Below, in pieces: positions 26,492 to 40,807 of a stretch of DNA of 64,000 nucleotides; within the stretch, counting starts at the first letter, position 1, and the number at the start of each line of letters is the position of its first letter. The notes under the pieces are model-generated. The model searched no databases. It worked only from the letters and a program-made list of their open reading frames with translations, and was not told the origin of the DNA. The position numbers were made by a program, and so were the translations under genes. The stretch covers positions 17,670,001 through 17,734,000 of the forward strand of contig OZ260661.1 in NCBI GenBank assembly GCA_965285935.1, read 5' to 3'. The DNA comes from Ophelia neglecta (Eukaryota).

Positions 26492-28150
26492 TCTCTGTTT
26501 TTTCTATCAAATCACCTCTTTCATAAGTGTCCAGGAATTTCCTTAAATTTGTTTTATTGGCAAGAAACTGTTTATCAGAATGACTGCACTATACACGCCT
26601 AATAAGTTTGTTTAAATGAGATTGATTCTCTTAACTCATTCGCTGCTAACGACGGAATATTCCGTCGTAACGACGAGCATGCGCTATGCTAACGACGGAA
26701 TATTCCGTCGTGAAAGGTGTCATGATCTCCTTGCATATTTTGTCCCTAAAAATCGTTGCCTAATGTCTTAGAAATACATATGACTTATATGTGCCTCCCT
26801 CCATGTTGTCATTCTTCTCTCTGATTATTTACAGCTTTACTAACAAAATTCTAATAAACAAGAACTGATTAACTGTAAATACGCAACTTGAATGTTTTAT
26901 CGGGAGATTTAAAAATGGCCGCTGTAATTGGGTCCTTCCACGATCACGTTGAGACGTCGGAATTTTGCGCGGCATTTGGTTGAAAGTTCTAGGCTTTGAG
27001 GTCCGTACCCCATAGACTGGAAGCAGTTGCCCCGGTATTCAATTCACATAGTCTACGAACTCTGATTGGGTGTATAGGGGAAATCCCTGGCACGTCATTC
27101 CTCGGTGAGGGATTTCGCGGGAAACGTCATTTGCACAGGCCGGGAGCAGTTGCACCGCTAACCTACCGTACTTTGACAGTCGAGTGGCGGAGCGTTCGGA
27201 CGAATTCGGAAACTATCGGTAAGTTTTGACAAGATAAACCTCTGCTAGTCACTAAAAGCACGCATATTATGGCAGGGAAAGCTAAATAGTGTCAGGATTT
27301 TGTTCAAATGTCAATCTGAAAATATCTCGGTGACGAAAATAAAAAAACAACAACATTTCTTTACATGTCAGAGTGGTTTCATGACCTTAGGTCAAGGCCA
27401 TGAACAATAATGTAAACAAATTCCGATCACGATTGTCAGAAATTAAGTTTTTCATGCATCGAATTGCATAAATGACATCCTCACTAGAGGCTTTTAGTTA
27501 TTACAATAACATGAAACTTTTCCTAGGCCATACATCGTATTTTCTAAATATTGCACATTTTGACTTGTGATTACCAGATTACGCTAATAGCCTATGTGCC
27601 TCCTGCCTACTGCTCACTATACACAGAACTTGACAGAAGCCGAAATTTAATTGACTTTCGTTATATTTTAACTCATATTAGCGAAAAATAATTCACTTTG
27701 GCTAAAACAGATGCAACATAAGGTTCAGATCTAATTGTTTGTATGACTGATCGATGGCAGAATGTGTGTATGTCTGCACGGTGGGCCACAAATTTAGTTT
27801 TAGTTATTTGTCTAGTTTGAAACTGAATTTTGCTATCTAGCAGCAGTTTTTGAAAAATTGCAATTTTTTGCTGTTAGCATTGCTTCCCATACTATTTATA
27901 TATGCCAGGGAAGGGGCTGGTATTTTTTGCCTGCCCTTGTGGGGGAAGCCATGCATGTAATGATTATCAATGTTGAGGGAAGGGTGGGGGAGGCTCATAA
28001 AAAAATTTCTTCGATAGCCAATATCGATGGCAAATTTTTGACAGTTTATTCACTGACAAATTTTGCAGTAGGCCAACAGCCTAAAGTTTGTTGACAAATT
28101 ATTGCCACTACTTGGTAAATTTGTCCATTTTTGAATTTTTGTTTTTAGAA

Positions 28151-31100
28151 ATGGCTGCTGCTAGGCCACATCGTACTTCAAGGGCCCCTCGACGTTTTGG
28201 CTGGGAGGATGACGAAGTTGAAGAGGTCGCACTCGACTCAGGAAGCGAAGATGGGTTTTCCAATGAAGGGAGCAGTGATGAAGATGAAGGTGAGGTGGAG
28301 GAAAATGATAGCGACAGTGAAGATGACAGAGGAGAAGTTCCTGGATGGGTGCCGCATGATAATCTCCCAAACCCCCTTGCATTTTCTGGCCACCAGAATG
28401 GGCAGGTTTTAGTTGACTGTGATGGTTTTGATTTCCTTGATTTCTTTCAGTTATTCCTGGACAATGATTTTTTTTGAGTTGCTGGCTACCGAGACAAACA
28501 GATACAGTTGTCAAGTCAGAGATTCTTATGATTTTCCCATTTCCAGCCGGGTTCATAAATGGAAAGACACCACTTCACAGGAACTTTTTGGTTTTTTTGG
28601 TCTTTTGTTTGCTATGGGTTTGGACGACCGTCCAAACTATAGCAGTTACTGGTCCCAGGAGCCTGTTTTCGCCAATGATTTCTAATCATCAGTTATGAGC
28701 AGAGATAGGTTTCTTTTATTGTTTAAGTTCCTTCATTTGGTTGACAATGATTTGGTTGATGGCCCAGGTCCTGGTGGAGATGCTCCAGCTGCCCGAGATA
28801 AACTGAAAAAAATTCGCCCGCTGGTTGATATCCTAACCAACAAATTTCCAGCCATCTATTCCCCAGCCAGTGATTTGTCGGTGGATGAGACGTTGGTGGC
28901 ATGGAGAGGGCGAGGTGATTCGAGGCAGTACATCCCAATCAAGCCAAAGAAGTATGGGATCAAGGTAAATCTTGAATATCAAATACATGTATATGCTTAT
29001 TGATCTGCTTATGTATATGCTTATTGATCTGCTACAATTAGGTGGGGGAAGGGTGGGGGAGTTACCAGTATCAAATGGACTGTTCCTTCATAATACAGCT
29101 ATTGTTTGTAAGATGTTTCATGCATGGAGTATTTAACATTGTCCACCTATTTTCTTTTTCAGCACTTAAATGGGATTCATGATCACTGTTTAGCATGTTT
29201 ATGTTTTTGCGTTTTTCATTCATTTCTTGTTTGTCATAAAAAAAACTATGTTTTCAGCTATACCAATTATGTGAATCACAGTCAGGCTACTCCTTGGCCT
29301 TCACTGTGTACACTGGTAGAGGGGAGAATGGGCCTGAGAGGAATCATTCCGAAAATGTGGTATTAAATTTGATGAACCCGTACTTCAACTTAGGTCACAT
29401 CCTCTACATGGATAATTTTTACAGTGGCGAATGTCATTTTTTGTGATGCATTGCATTTCTTAGTTAAGGTAATTTGTTGACATTTAATGTCCTTGCATTT
29501 TAGATTTCAAGTTTGTAGGGTTGTTGGACTTAGATTTTGTATTGCAGTAGAGTGGTTACTCGTTCCATGTTTGGCTCGTTTACAGGTATTGATGCTGAAA
29601 TTTTTAGGTATCATAACTTTTACAGTTTGAGATGAGATATCATTGTAAAAGTAGCAAATATTCTACATGAAATACATAATAAAATTGGCAAAATATTTAT
29701 AATTGCAAAAACACCATAATCTTGACCTGACTTTGAAGATTTTTTGTCAAAACACATTGCAACCCATTCTATTGAAATGTATCTTGTCCACTTTACAGGT
29801 ATCCCTTTGTTTGAGCAGCTGGCAACCAATGGCACTGGAGCCGTAGGTACACTCCGTCTCTGCCGGGCAGGGGTACCTCCTGTAATTAGAGAAACGAGGA
29901 TCCGCCCAGGAGAGATAATCTTTCGTCGCAAGAATGACCTCCTGTTGATGAAGTGGAAAGACAAAAAGGATGTATCGTTCTTAACGACATGTCACACAGC
30001 CGACATGGTGCCTGCCAGGAGAGCCAGGCATGATGGTATATTCCAAATATACAACCTACAGCATTTGTTTTTTAACTTTATTTTGTATGACCAATGAACA
30101 TTGAACTACTAATTTTAAAACTGTTGTTTGGAAGGTATCAACACAAGAACCAGTATGTGGTAACTAAGACTGAGACACTCAAGTTATCATATTAATGGAC
30201 TTATAATTTTCATGGTAGGCTCACAGTTTATACTGCCATATACGATATAAGATAATGAAAATGCACAGCTCGGGCATGCTGTTTTCAGAATTTCTGCACC
30301 TTTATAATGTCAGTTTTTAATACCACATTCTGGTTCCAAAATTTAGTATTGATATTGCCAAATTTCATTTGACGTTATTTTTATTGCATTTTTAAAAGTT
30401 TGCCGTGCCACATGAGTACTGGTTACAAATGAGGCTCATAATGTGAACAAAGATAAGTATACTATCATCTTATTAAATTCCTATTCATAGTGTCATCTGA
30501 AAAATGCTTGATTAAATGTACCTCAATATCCATGATATCATGGGTCCTTTTTCACAGTTTGTCATTTTAGCTTTCATCCTTGAATCCAAGCTTATTTGAA
30601 TAATTTCTTATTGCATAAGAGATGCAGGCAGGTACCCGGAGTATACTTTTTTCTGATAATCTGTTCTCCTCCAGTCTCAGTACATGTATTTGACTAATTA
30701 TACCACTCTTTAGCCATGTTTATACTGTATGACTAGACTTGAAGGCTTCAAAATTAGAAATGCTCTCCCCTAACAAAAGTCTACCTTTTATTGACAGGGC
30801 AACATCCAATGATACCACAGGTGAAGCTGGACTATGACATCAAGATGAACGGAGTCGACAAATCTGACCAGAACACACAACAATACATAATGCGAAGAAA
30901 AACTGTTAAGTGGTACAAGAAGTTGGCCCTTTATTTTTTTTCCTTGGTCAGGTTCCAAAGTTTTATTATTTACAAAAAAAAAGTACAAAACCCTGTATCC
31001 CATCTTAAGTTTACAATTGGCCTTGTTAATTTATTGATTGCGCGTGGGGACCTCGGAGGTGTGAAGCCCGGCCGGCCTACCACAGCAGTGCCAATTCTGC

Positions 31101-31366
31101 GTCTTACACCATCAGCAGGTCATTGGCTGGAATATAACCCCCCTACTGAGCACAAAATACACCCTGGCTTGAAATGCAAGTGTTGTAGTTCGTGCAAGAG
31201 GGGACAGGACAGGGATGCACCAAGACGCCGGAAAGAATCGATTTTCCGGTGTAAGTTGTGCAAGGTCCCGCTGTGTCCAGTGCCATGCTTTGAGCTTTGG
31301 CACACACAGCAGGACTTCAGGGGGCACTACAACAACCTTGAGGCAAATGGTCTCCTACCTCATTAG
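28151..31366 (+). pseudogene. piggyBac (PGBD4-like) transposase with introns; exons about 28151-28963, 29258-29427, 29799-30035, 30798-31366
   Basis: Acidic N-terminus, MSRDRFLLLFKFLHL, triad SVDETLV / YMDNFY / GVDKSDQ, and a C-terminal cysteine-rich domain. Frameshift in the T-run near 28470 and a stop at 28683. Confidence 0.9.
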
Positions 31367-32067
31367 GGTGGAAAGAACCTTGCCGATGATAGACGGAGTG
31401 CTTCCTGGTCCCCAGATTGTATTGAGTCTGTATAGGCATTTAAGGTTGAAGTCAGATTAAAGTGTAAATTATATATATATCTATATTTTATCACATGTCA
31501 GTAATAACATACATATATCTGTATTTATTGCTATGTCTACATGTATTCATGTATGAATAAATGATATCAACGATCAAAATGATTTGTGTTCTTGGTACAC
31601 ATTGGCTCCTCTACAGAATTATGTGTGTCCATTTTTTTTGATATTTTTGCAGAAATAATTGAATATTTATGAACAAGAACAAATATGAAACTTTTGTGTA
31701 TTTTTGAATTTGATTACCAGTTTACCATGGGTTTAGCAGTCATTCTATCAGAAAGGCAAGGGAGTTCACTTTACAGTGGTATATGAGTTGTCATTATCAA
31801 CTTATTGAATTTAGCAAAAAATGATGAACTTTCATTTGATCAATAATCATTGCAATCACTAATATCATCAAGCTGCTCATTATTTAAGCCATATAGCGCT
31901 ACTAAAAGGCACTGATATGAAAGTAATCAATACTTCAATGCAAGTTTTCACCTATAGCCTAAGCTTGGAGCAACATAGAATCAAATTAAATGCATTCTTT
32001 GTTCCATTGCTAAATATATGTCACATTTAACACTTCATTTAATTACATTTTGCTGTTTAGAGGGATA

Positions 32068-33300
32068 AATTCAGGGTTTGTGAGTCTGGTTGCCATGGAA
32101 ACCACAACATGCATCAAATTCTTTCCTTACAAGGCAAATGATCTGGGTAATATAGCTGTATGATGATACATAGATTGCCACTATAAGGGCATTGGATACT
32201 TTAATGTATTTGAGCTTACTCTGGTTTTGATGAAACATTGCAATCACCAATATTATCCAGTTACACAATATTTTGAGCAGTAATACATACCTCAGATGAA
32301 AAGCCCCTCTTGGACCACAATATATACCCAAAAGCAGTTTTTGATCTACAACAGCTTGGCATGTATAACAGCTTGGCATGTACAGAGAGTCAAATTGTAT
32401 GTGAATTGTGGTCTACAGCTGCATATTTGATAAATCTGATACCTCCGTGTGAGATTTTGTTGTTTTTACGGTAAAAATCAGGGTTTGTAAGTCTGGTTGC
32501 CATGGAAACCACAGGTTCCTGCAGAGTCATCCCATGCAAGTTGAAGGCCAGGGTCTTAGCTATTGAATGATGTATGGATTTCCACTATTAGGGCATGGAT
32601 TATTGTACAAAAGTTCAACTTACTATGGTCTTACTAAATCTTCACAAACAGTAGTATTCTCCAATTGCTCAATATTTGAGTGGTGACTCAGACCTAGGAT
32701 GACGTGCCTCCCTGGCACATCAAACAATACTCAAGTGCAGTTCCTGTCTTACAAAAAGATGCTATTTGCTCCAGAGAGTGAAATTATATATCTATTGTGG
32801 CCTATAGCTGTATAGTCGATGAATCTTGTACCCCTGTAAGAGAAATTTTGTTGTTTTTGGATAAAATTAAGGGTTTAGAGGGTCTGGTTGCCATGGAAAC
32901 CATAGCTTTCAACAAAGTCATCCCTTGCAAAATGAAAGCCTGAGTCTTAGCTGTTTAGTCAAAAATGGAGTTTCATTATTAAGGCATTGACTTTTGTAGG
33001 ATAGCTTAACTTAATTTGGTATTTAATATTAAACCTTACCAAAACTGATATTCTCCACTTACTCAATATTTGAGCGATAACACAGACCTCGGTTGATGTG
33101 CCTCCCTATGCTGCCGATTGATACTCAAATGCAGTTTTTTTACCTTCAACAGCATGGTATGAGCTCCAGAGAGTGTAATTAAATTAATATTGTTGTCTAT
33201 AGCAGCAAATTTGATCACTCTAATACCTTTTTCTGTGCATTTTGTTGTTTTTTTCAATAAAATTCAGGGTTTATAGGGTCTGGTTGGCACGGAAACTACT
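32068..33300. repeat. ~400-bp diverged tandem repeat in the 3' subterminal region of piggyBac 1
   Basis: CAGGGTTT..GTCTGGTTGCCATGGAAAC recurs at ~32070, 32478, 32866 and 33264. Confidence 0.8.
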
Positions 33301-35136
33301 AATTTCAGAAATGTCAACCCCTTCAAAACACAGGCCTAGGTCTTACCTATCTAAATATATATGGATTACCAGGGATGAAAGACAACAGTGAAAATAATAT
33401 GTTATTTACATTAACAAGTTAAAAACAGGTAGATTCCCTAAAATTAATTCAGCACAGGGAGGATAGCCCCTTGAAACTAATTCAGCAGCGAATGAGTTAA
33501 TAAATTTATATGTTTGTAAGACTCGGCCTTAATTGCGATTTTCTATATAGGCGATTCTTATATTTGATAGTGTTTTAGTCCAACAGATAACCTTGGTTTC
33601 TCCAACCAAACACAGAACTCAATGTAAAAATCTGGAAACACCCATATGACAAGTCTGTCTGCTGACCAATAGCATATATATTACGAAGCAAAAATATGTT
33701 GTACTCCATAAACTTTAGACATTGCCCTAGCTATTAAATACGCCTCGGTATTGTAAGGCATCGGAGATCCTAAGCTTATAACACTAGGTTATATCTGTAG
33801 CTTGTGTTGGTCATTCTTTAGGTAGGTACTTACATATGTAAATATATAAATTTAAATTAAAAAAAACACGAGCTGCTTCTGTATATATGCTGTTCTTGTG
33901 GTTGCAATAGATTTATAAACTGATTTTCTTCACTGACAATACTAAAGTCACGCCAGCAATTAGAGCATTCATTATATTGGCGCGTATTGGCTAAAATTAC
34001 ACAGGTAAGTAAAAACTTGATTCATTCCCAATGTCAGAGTTAAATAAAGTACAGATGCCAATTCCTGCAGGAATAGTCGAGTGATTTTGGCTACCAATTT
34101 CAATCTCGAGACGAAGGGAGCTAAGCTTTAGACTAGATGAGAGATCTGATATTTAACATTATGCAATTCCAGATAAGCTTTTCCGAAATAATTATCAATG
34201 GACAGTTAGTACCAAGTTTGGCATGTAATTTAAAAATACCTTACAGATGTAGATACATCGCCAGCATATAGTGAACAATCAATAGTGATAGCTATGGACA
34301 GTACCCATTGTGCACACTTGATGCCTTTCGGGGACTTCGTGAGGTTTTGATACCCTCGCAAAACAAAAAGTTGGAAGTCGATTAATTAAACTCCGCTAGA
34401 TGTACAAATAACTATGATCTAGCCAAAAAGGACTGAGAAATGACCTGGCCGATCTTTGCTATTGTCCAATTGATATTGACCTTTTTTATTGTCTTATTCA
34501 TCACCACTCCATGTTTGTCCAATTTGTGCTTCATATTACCAGTAAAGTCTGTTAATGAAAGCTGAATATATTGTGTAAATGATATATACATATTATTCCA
34601 GAATAAAACAATTTACACTACTCTGAAGAGAATCACAGTGGTTATTAACATTTCAACGAACAGTGTCTACGCTAAAATAAGTAACACTAGGCGCCCAGTG
34701 AAAGGTTATCTCTACGTAACCAATAGTACTTGAACTGTTGGATTGGCTGGGAGACATGAAAACAGGTGAAGGCAAACGTAGTTACAACTTTTATATCGTC
34801 CAACCTCCAGCTACAGTTATTATTTTTTTTCTAAAAGAACTCTAAGTTTCAGTAGGCGAAGCAAGACCATTGTTGCATTAATTTGCAAAACTTATTATTT
34901 CTTCTTATTATTTTTGTCTGGGGAACATAAGTTTCCTTTACACCTATAGATGTATTAAAACACCCGTACTGGATATTGTCTTCTCCTGCGTCTTTAAGTA
35001 TTAACTTATGGTCCGGATCTTATTACAAGTGGTGTTAATTTGACGAGCTACTAGTAAATGTTATATATTTCAATTTGCAGACTTTGTCTGACCCTTGCCT
35101 GGCAAACTTTACACATATAAGCCGAAGGTATCTTAA

Positions 35137-38100
35137 CTCATTCACTGCTGACTTTTTTTTATAGACTTAGCACCCTTCAGTGCTGAATTATTTTAACTCA
35201 ATTTTTACAGTAATGGATAATTAAAGATTCCGAGGGATGTGCAAGTCACCTGTGATAAACATATGAAGACTGATATATCGATAGAAAGCCATGACTGGCA
35301 GCTACCATATGCAGTGGGTTTCCAGGTGTGAAACTCCAGGTTGCCATGGTAATGAGCTTCATTAAACGCAGATTTAGCAATGTTTTCACGTTTTTTAATG
35401 AAATTTGGCGTACTGCTCCAAATTATACAAAACAAATATTAAAACAAACTTTCAAAACTGAACCTAGTGAAATTTGACTATAATCCGGTCAATATTTGCA
35501 CCTGGCAGGTGGTTTTAGGGTGGAAATAAGGTGGGGAAACCTTAATTAGGTTAATACTCAGGAAAGGTATTTGGATCTTACAGTTTACAAATTACACTAT
35601 ATTCTGGTAATACACAAGTTGGGTTTAAAGACATTAACAGAGTCGGTAAATTATTTCAAACGTGTTAACATGGCACATTCATATACACCTTTGGTCATTA
35701 CCTGCTCATTGTGGTAGGCAACAGGTGTGAAACTCCAGGTTGCCATGGTAACAAGCCCTTATAAACAAAGATTTAACCATATTTTTCCCATTTTTCAATA
35801 AAATTTGAGCTACTCCTTGAAATTATTGAGGACAAATGTGAAACAAATCTTCAAAACCCAACCTAGAGAGATTTTGACCTAAGATCTGGTCAACTTTTTT
35901 TTAATGGAATGTATGCCTTGGGAAAACTTGATTGGACTAATATCCAGGTGAGGTGTGTCATTCTAGCATTGCACTTTAGTTATACTCAACTTATATTTCA
36001 GATGTAGAGACCCTGAATGTAAAAAATAATATGTGAACAGGGCATAGACATGTTTAGTTCATAAACTCATATAGTTATTACCTGCCAATTCTAGCTTGTA
36101 ACAGAAATGGAACTCTAATCTGACATGGTAACAAGGTACAGTAAACTAAAAACAGATTTGGTCATTTTGTCACAGGGAACATATACAGGTGAAAGGTTTT
36201 TTGGGGGGATGAGGCCTGGAAACTGTAGAAAACCTAAATTGGATAAATACTCAGCTGGCTGGAATATCAATGACATGTTCGCCATTGAATGGTCCTTCCT
36301 CAACCTAGATGTAGGCTAAGCCAGTGGCTGTCAGGTATAACTCGCAACATCCTTAGGTAAAAGATCAATAGTTCAGATTTTTTATTAAATAAGCACATCA
36401 CATAGAATGGGGGGGGGGGGTGAAATATTTTACTTTACCAAATATCAACAAATACATTTTTCATGAATTCATATATCGATAGTACATCTATTTATTATAT
36501 ACTTATTTCATGTATTTACAAACAATTATAGGCTATTAATATATATATATATCACATTGACTTTACTGCATATACAACATTATGAATATATATATAATAA
36601 ATATTATTTACAGTTTATCACAGATACTCCCCAGTGACCAACATGTCAAGGACCCCTCATCCATCATTGGCTCTATGTTTGTAACCCTTAATGCCTCAGG
36701 ATTCATAAGGGACCTTGGAAGATATCTGATGGGACATGGCCCCTCACAGCTGTCATTGGCAAAAACTGGTGATACCATCTAGCGAGGTAAAGCACCGTTT
36801 GCCTCGAGCTGGTAATAGAAGGCCATGAAGTCTTGCTTTGTGTGGTAGATCTCAAAACAAGGCACCACACAAAGCGTGACTTGACAGACCTTGCAACGGA
36901 AAGCAGATTCCTTCCTACGAGCAGGTCTGTCCCCTCTGTTTCCCCTCTTCCTTGCACTACAACACTTGCAACAAAGTTGTTGCGGTCGCGATGCCCGGTC
37001 CGAAGGGGGGTTGTGCTCCGGCCAGTGCCCAGATGAAGGAGACAACCGTAATGTTGGCATGGCCATAGTTAGACGTCCACCTCGAACTCCACCAAGGTCA
37101 GCTCTGACCAGGAGAGAGTCGATTAGTGCCTGCACAAACTTCAGTTGTGTCACTTGGTTGGCCACCGCCTTCCGATAAATGATGAAAGCTTGGAACCGGA
37201 CAAGGTTGAACAAATAAAATGTCAACTTCTTGTACCACTTGATAGTTTTGCGGCTGAAGGCGTATCCCTGTACATTTTGATCTGACTTGTCCACACCATT
37301 CATCTTCAGGTCGTACTCCAGCTTGACTGTGGGTACAGTCCTCACTTCACCTAAAAAAATTCATTAAGTATTCATGTCAGCTAGCTGCCTGCCGAAAATA
37401 AGTCTTTTTCATGATTTTGCAGTGGTGGATGTACAACATTTTTGCTACTTTATTTTGGGAATAAGGCAATATGTTTTTTATTTCTTGGATTTCAATGCTT
37501 TTTTTATCAGATCAAAAGTAAGCCAGACAAAGTAAACATAAAATACCAAATAAGTGTCCACATATTACTTTTTACTGTGTTTCATACACTATTTTCCAAA
37601 CAATAAACTGTTGCCTTGGGAATGGAGTCCTACCTAACAAACGTTTTGGTGATATATTTTTTATCACCTTTTTTCCAATTCTGCCTATGTAGGTTGCATA
37701 ATAGTATAATATTAATACAAATTTCCTTTTAAATTTACCCAGGACACCGATCGCTATACCAAATTTTTCCCCAAGGTTTTGACTGCTCAGGCCCTAACCT
37801 GTTTTTAAAATAAAGTGTCTTTCACCCATAGTAGTACTAATGCTATTGGTCAGTGTAAAACACAAGACTGCAAAATGAATGAAGATAAATTGATGAAGTT
37901 GTGATTTTATTTTTATCCCATTTGGACATAGACCATGTGCAGTTAGATGTGAAAACCAAAAAATAAAAATAAAAACCTATAGCCTAATATTAGAATAATT
38001 ACCCCCTGGTCTTCTTGGTGCAACAGGCCTGATGTCTGATGTCTGCTTGGTGGGCTGTCGAAAGAAAGGTGACATAGTTTCTGTCCCTCCATTTTAGCAC

Positions 38101-39135
38101 CATCATGTCACCATTCCTTCTCCCATTGATACCCCACTTCTGCATCCTTGCTGTCTTAACCACAGGGGGGATACCTGCCCGGTTGAGGCGAAGGGTGCCT
38201 GCTGCTGTGGTGTTGCGTTGCAACAGGTCTTCCAAGAGTGGTATTCCTAGGGAAATGGGATTTTAAAAAATAAAGCTGAAAAATACATGTATAACATGTT
38301 TAATTCAGACAGGCAATGTTGAGTGCAAGAGTTCACCGTTGCATCAATAAATTGTACTTTTAGGTACTTGTGTTACACAAATTAATTAGTCAATCCCATA
38401 ATCACACAGAAAAACTTAATTAGAAGGTGCTGATTCATTGTATTACAACATTGATGATACAAATTTACTGCTGGTACTGCAACTCTAATAATTCTATGAA
38501 CACAATTTCACTGACACATTTTATGAACTAGCGAAGCCCAATTTGGCAAAATTCTGAATGAAGAGCAAATGTAGTAAGGAAGATTAAACTAACTGGCACA
38601 GTGGCAAAAATGACAAGTACTATGCATAAAAAAGGAAAGTAAATTTAGCCACACTGTTTTATTGTAAATGCAGTGTTTGACAAGAAATTAGTCAGTTTGT
38701 AGCCTCAAATGCTGGTCAAACAAAAATCAAATCTTGCATTATTACACTGTCGAAACCACCACTGTCATTGAATATAAATAACAAAATTTCAACCACTTAT
38801 CTGAAATTTTCATTTATCTTGTTATTGGACACCCAAAGTGTCACTCCAGATCTGCGACTGGCCTATCATTTAGCACATCAAACAAAAAAAAAAAGTATCA
38901 ATCAAATCAACTGAAATTAACACTGCACATATTGTTGTTCAAGAAGATTCACCAGTATAAATATTGTCCATCCACAGACAATGGCCCATCCCCAAATGTG
39001 AGTCAATAAGCCTCATGACCACATTATGGCTAGAATTGCGGCCTGAGGCTGCGCGACTTCTTTGCCGGTGTAGACGGATACCTTGAGGGAGTACCCACTG
39101 CTGCTCTCACAGAGCTGGTAAAGCTAGAATCCACA
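35137..39135 (-). mobile_element. Second, related piggyBac, 5'-truncated; transposase exons about 39135-38952, 38248-38000, 37350-36779
   Basis: TTAA|CTCATTCACTGCTGA terminus. Motifs LYQLCESSSGY, WMDNIYTG, GTLRLNRAG, NGVDKSDQ and a cysteine-rich tail. ~400-bp repeats at 35325, 35724 and ~36105. Confidence 0.88.
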
Positions 39136-40807
39136 GGAAGTTTTATATTATTGTGTTTTAGTATACGTTTCTATTGTCACAAGTCAAGATTCTTTTGGGG
39201 AAGGTGGAAGGCAACTGTCTACTACAACATTATCAATAATGTTCTAGAAGATTATTGATAATGTTCAGCAGACGGTTGTCTAGTCACTGTCTGGCTTGAC
39301 CGTCTGGCACAATCTGTGACTACCTGAATGCATACCTGTGAATATGTATAGCACAGGTCCCGATGGTGCTGTGCTACACAGTATATGGTTTTTCACCTGG
39401 TCTTACAGTTCTGCCTATTAGAAAGAGACAATGATTGCCAATAAATAGTAAGATATGATAGTCATATAATACAAATATTTATTTTGCTTGATATTAACAA
39501 GAAATGGATAGGCCCATTAATCTCATTTGAAATGTGTTGATTAAATTCATGGCCAGGGCCCCGCCTGTTTGAAGCAGGACCATATCAAGCATACCTAGCC
39601 TTACTTGTGGACACAGGTTCACTGCATAATTAATTTTGTACATCAAATCACTAGGCCTGTATATCAGTCCATTTATTGCCAGACGAGTGTCCAGCGAATG
39701 ACCACCTAGGGGTGGAGCAGACAGTGTCTGCAGCACAGTCTAGGATTTTGGTCACATTTGCCAACTGTCTGGTTTATAATTATTCCAACAAAATCTATTT
39801 AAACGTTTATACTAAGTGAGACAGTGTTCTCGGCTCCAGGGTCATTCCTAATAAAGTGCTCCAAGGCTGCGACCTGTCGCACTTTATTATGAATAATATC
39901 TCTCACTTAATGAGTTACTGCACTCATATATCATGAGTATCAGTTCATGTTTTGACTTACATTTGAAAAAGATATGATTTTTTAATTATGTGGCATAAAA
40001 GAATAGGGAATATTCACTTATGCAACTTTGTGCCGCATTACACTGTCCCACTGATAAGGAAACGTTCAGTGTACTCGCGTAGCTCGATCAGCTGTTTCTG
40101 TCAACAATGAAGGGGGCAGCTGCACTAAGCATCACTGACTAAGCTTTACTAGCCTGAGTTCCCAGCGTAAACAAACATCATTTTACGTAAATCTGGGGCT
40201 GAGGAAAATTGTGTGATATTTCCATATTATTCTATATAGTATGATTATCATATGACTGTATTTAAATTAACGCAATCAGTCGTGTTTTGAGTAGTTATTC
40301 AACATTGTTTGACAGTACCTACCGAGAGAGGAGGAGAGTTCTCTGGCACATTAATGCGCATGCACATATTACCCGAAATACAGAATTGTCTGCTAGGCGT
40401 TTCAAAGGAGCAAGTACGTTTAAATGCCAATTCAGAGACAATTTGAGTTTTGTTTAGAGAAGTAAACAGGTGGACGTTAGAAGCGTTTTCTTCACTACAT
40501 GAGGAGGTAACCCTTGTAGGTTTATTCACGTCATATTTAGATAGTACGCCTAAGAAATAATTCACAAATTGTGAGGCACACGGCACAAAAATACTATTTT
40601 TTAAAGAGTTCTGCTGGGATTTCCCATCAATCCCAATGTAAACTGATTGCGTAGTTTTAAGGCATATAATCGATCTCTCATAAACATTTAATATTGAAAT
40701 GGGATAGTTTAATGTATTTTCACAGTTTATTGATATTCAAGGCATGTAATCGTATACTACTCACAAATACTGTATGTAGACAGGTGTGTTTCAGGTATAT
40801 AACATTA

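Larger units (their letters stand above)
26635..33496 (+). mobile_element. Full-length piggyBac transposon (~6.9 kb)
   Basis: TTAA|CTCATTCGCTGCTAA ... TTCAGCAGCGAATGAG|TTAA, with a transposase inside. Confidence 0.95.

Noticed and set aside
39815-40205. Small hairpins (39815-39908, 40049-40071, 40150-40205) as regulatory structures of RAG1L
   Set aside because: Short imperfect inverted repeats, most likely old MITE remnants; no function can be assigned.
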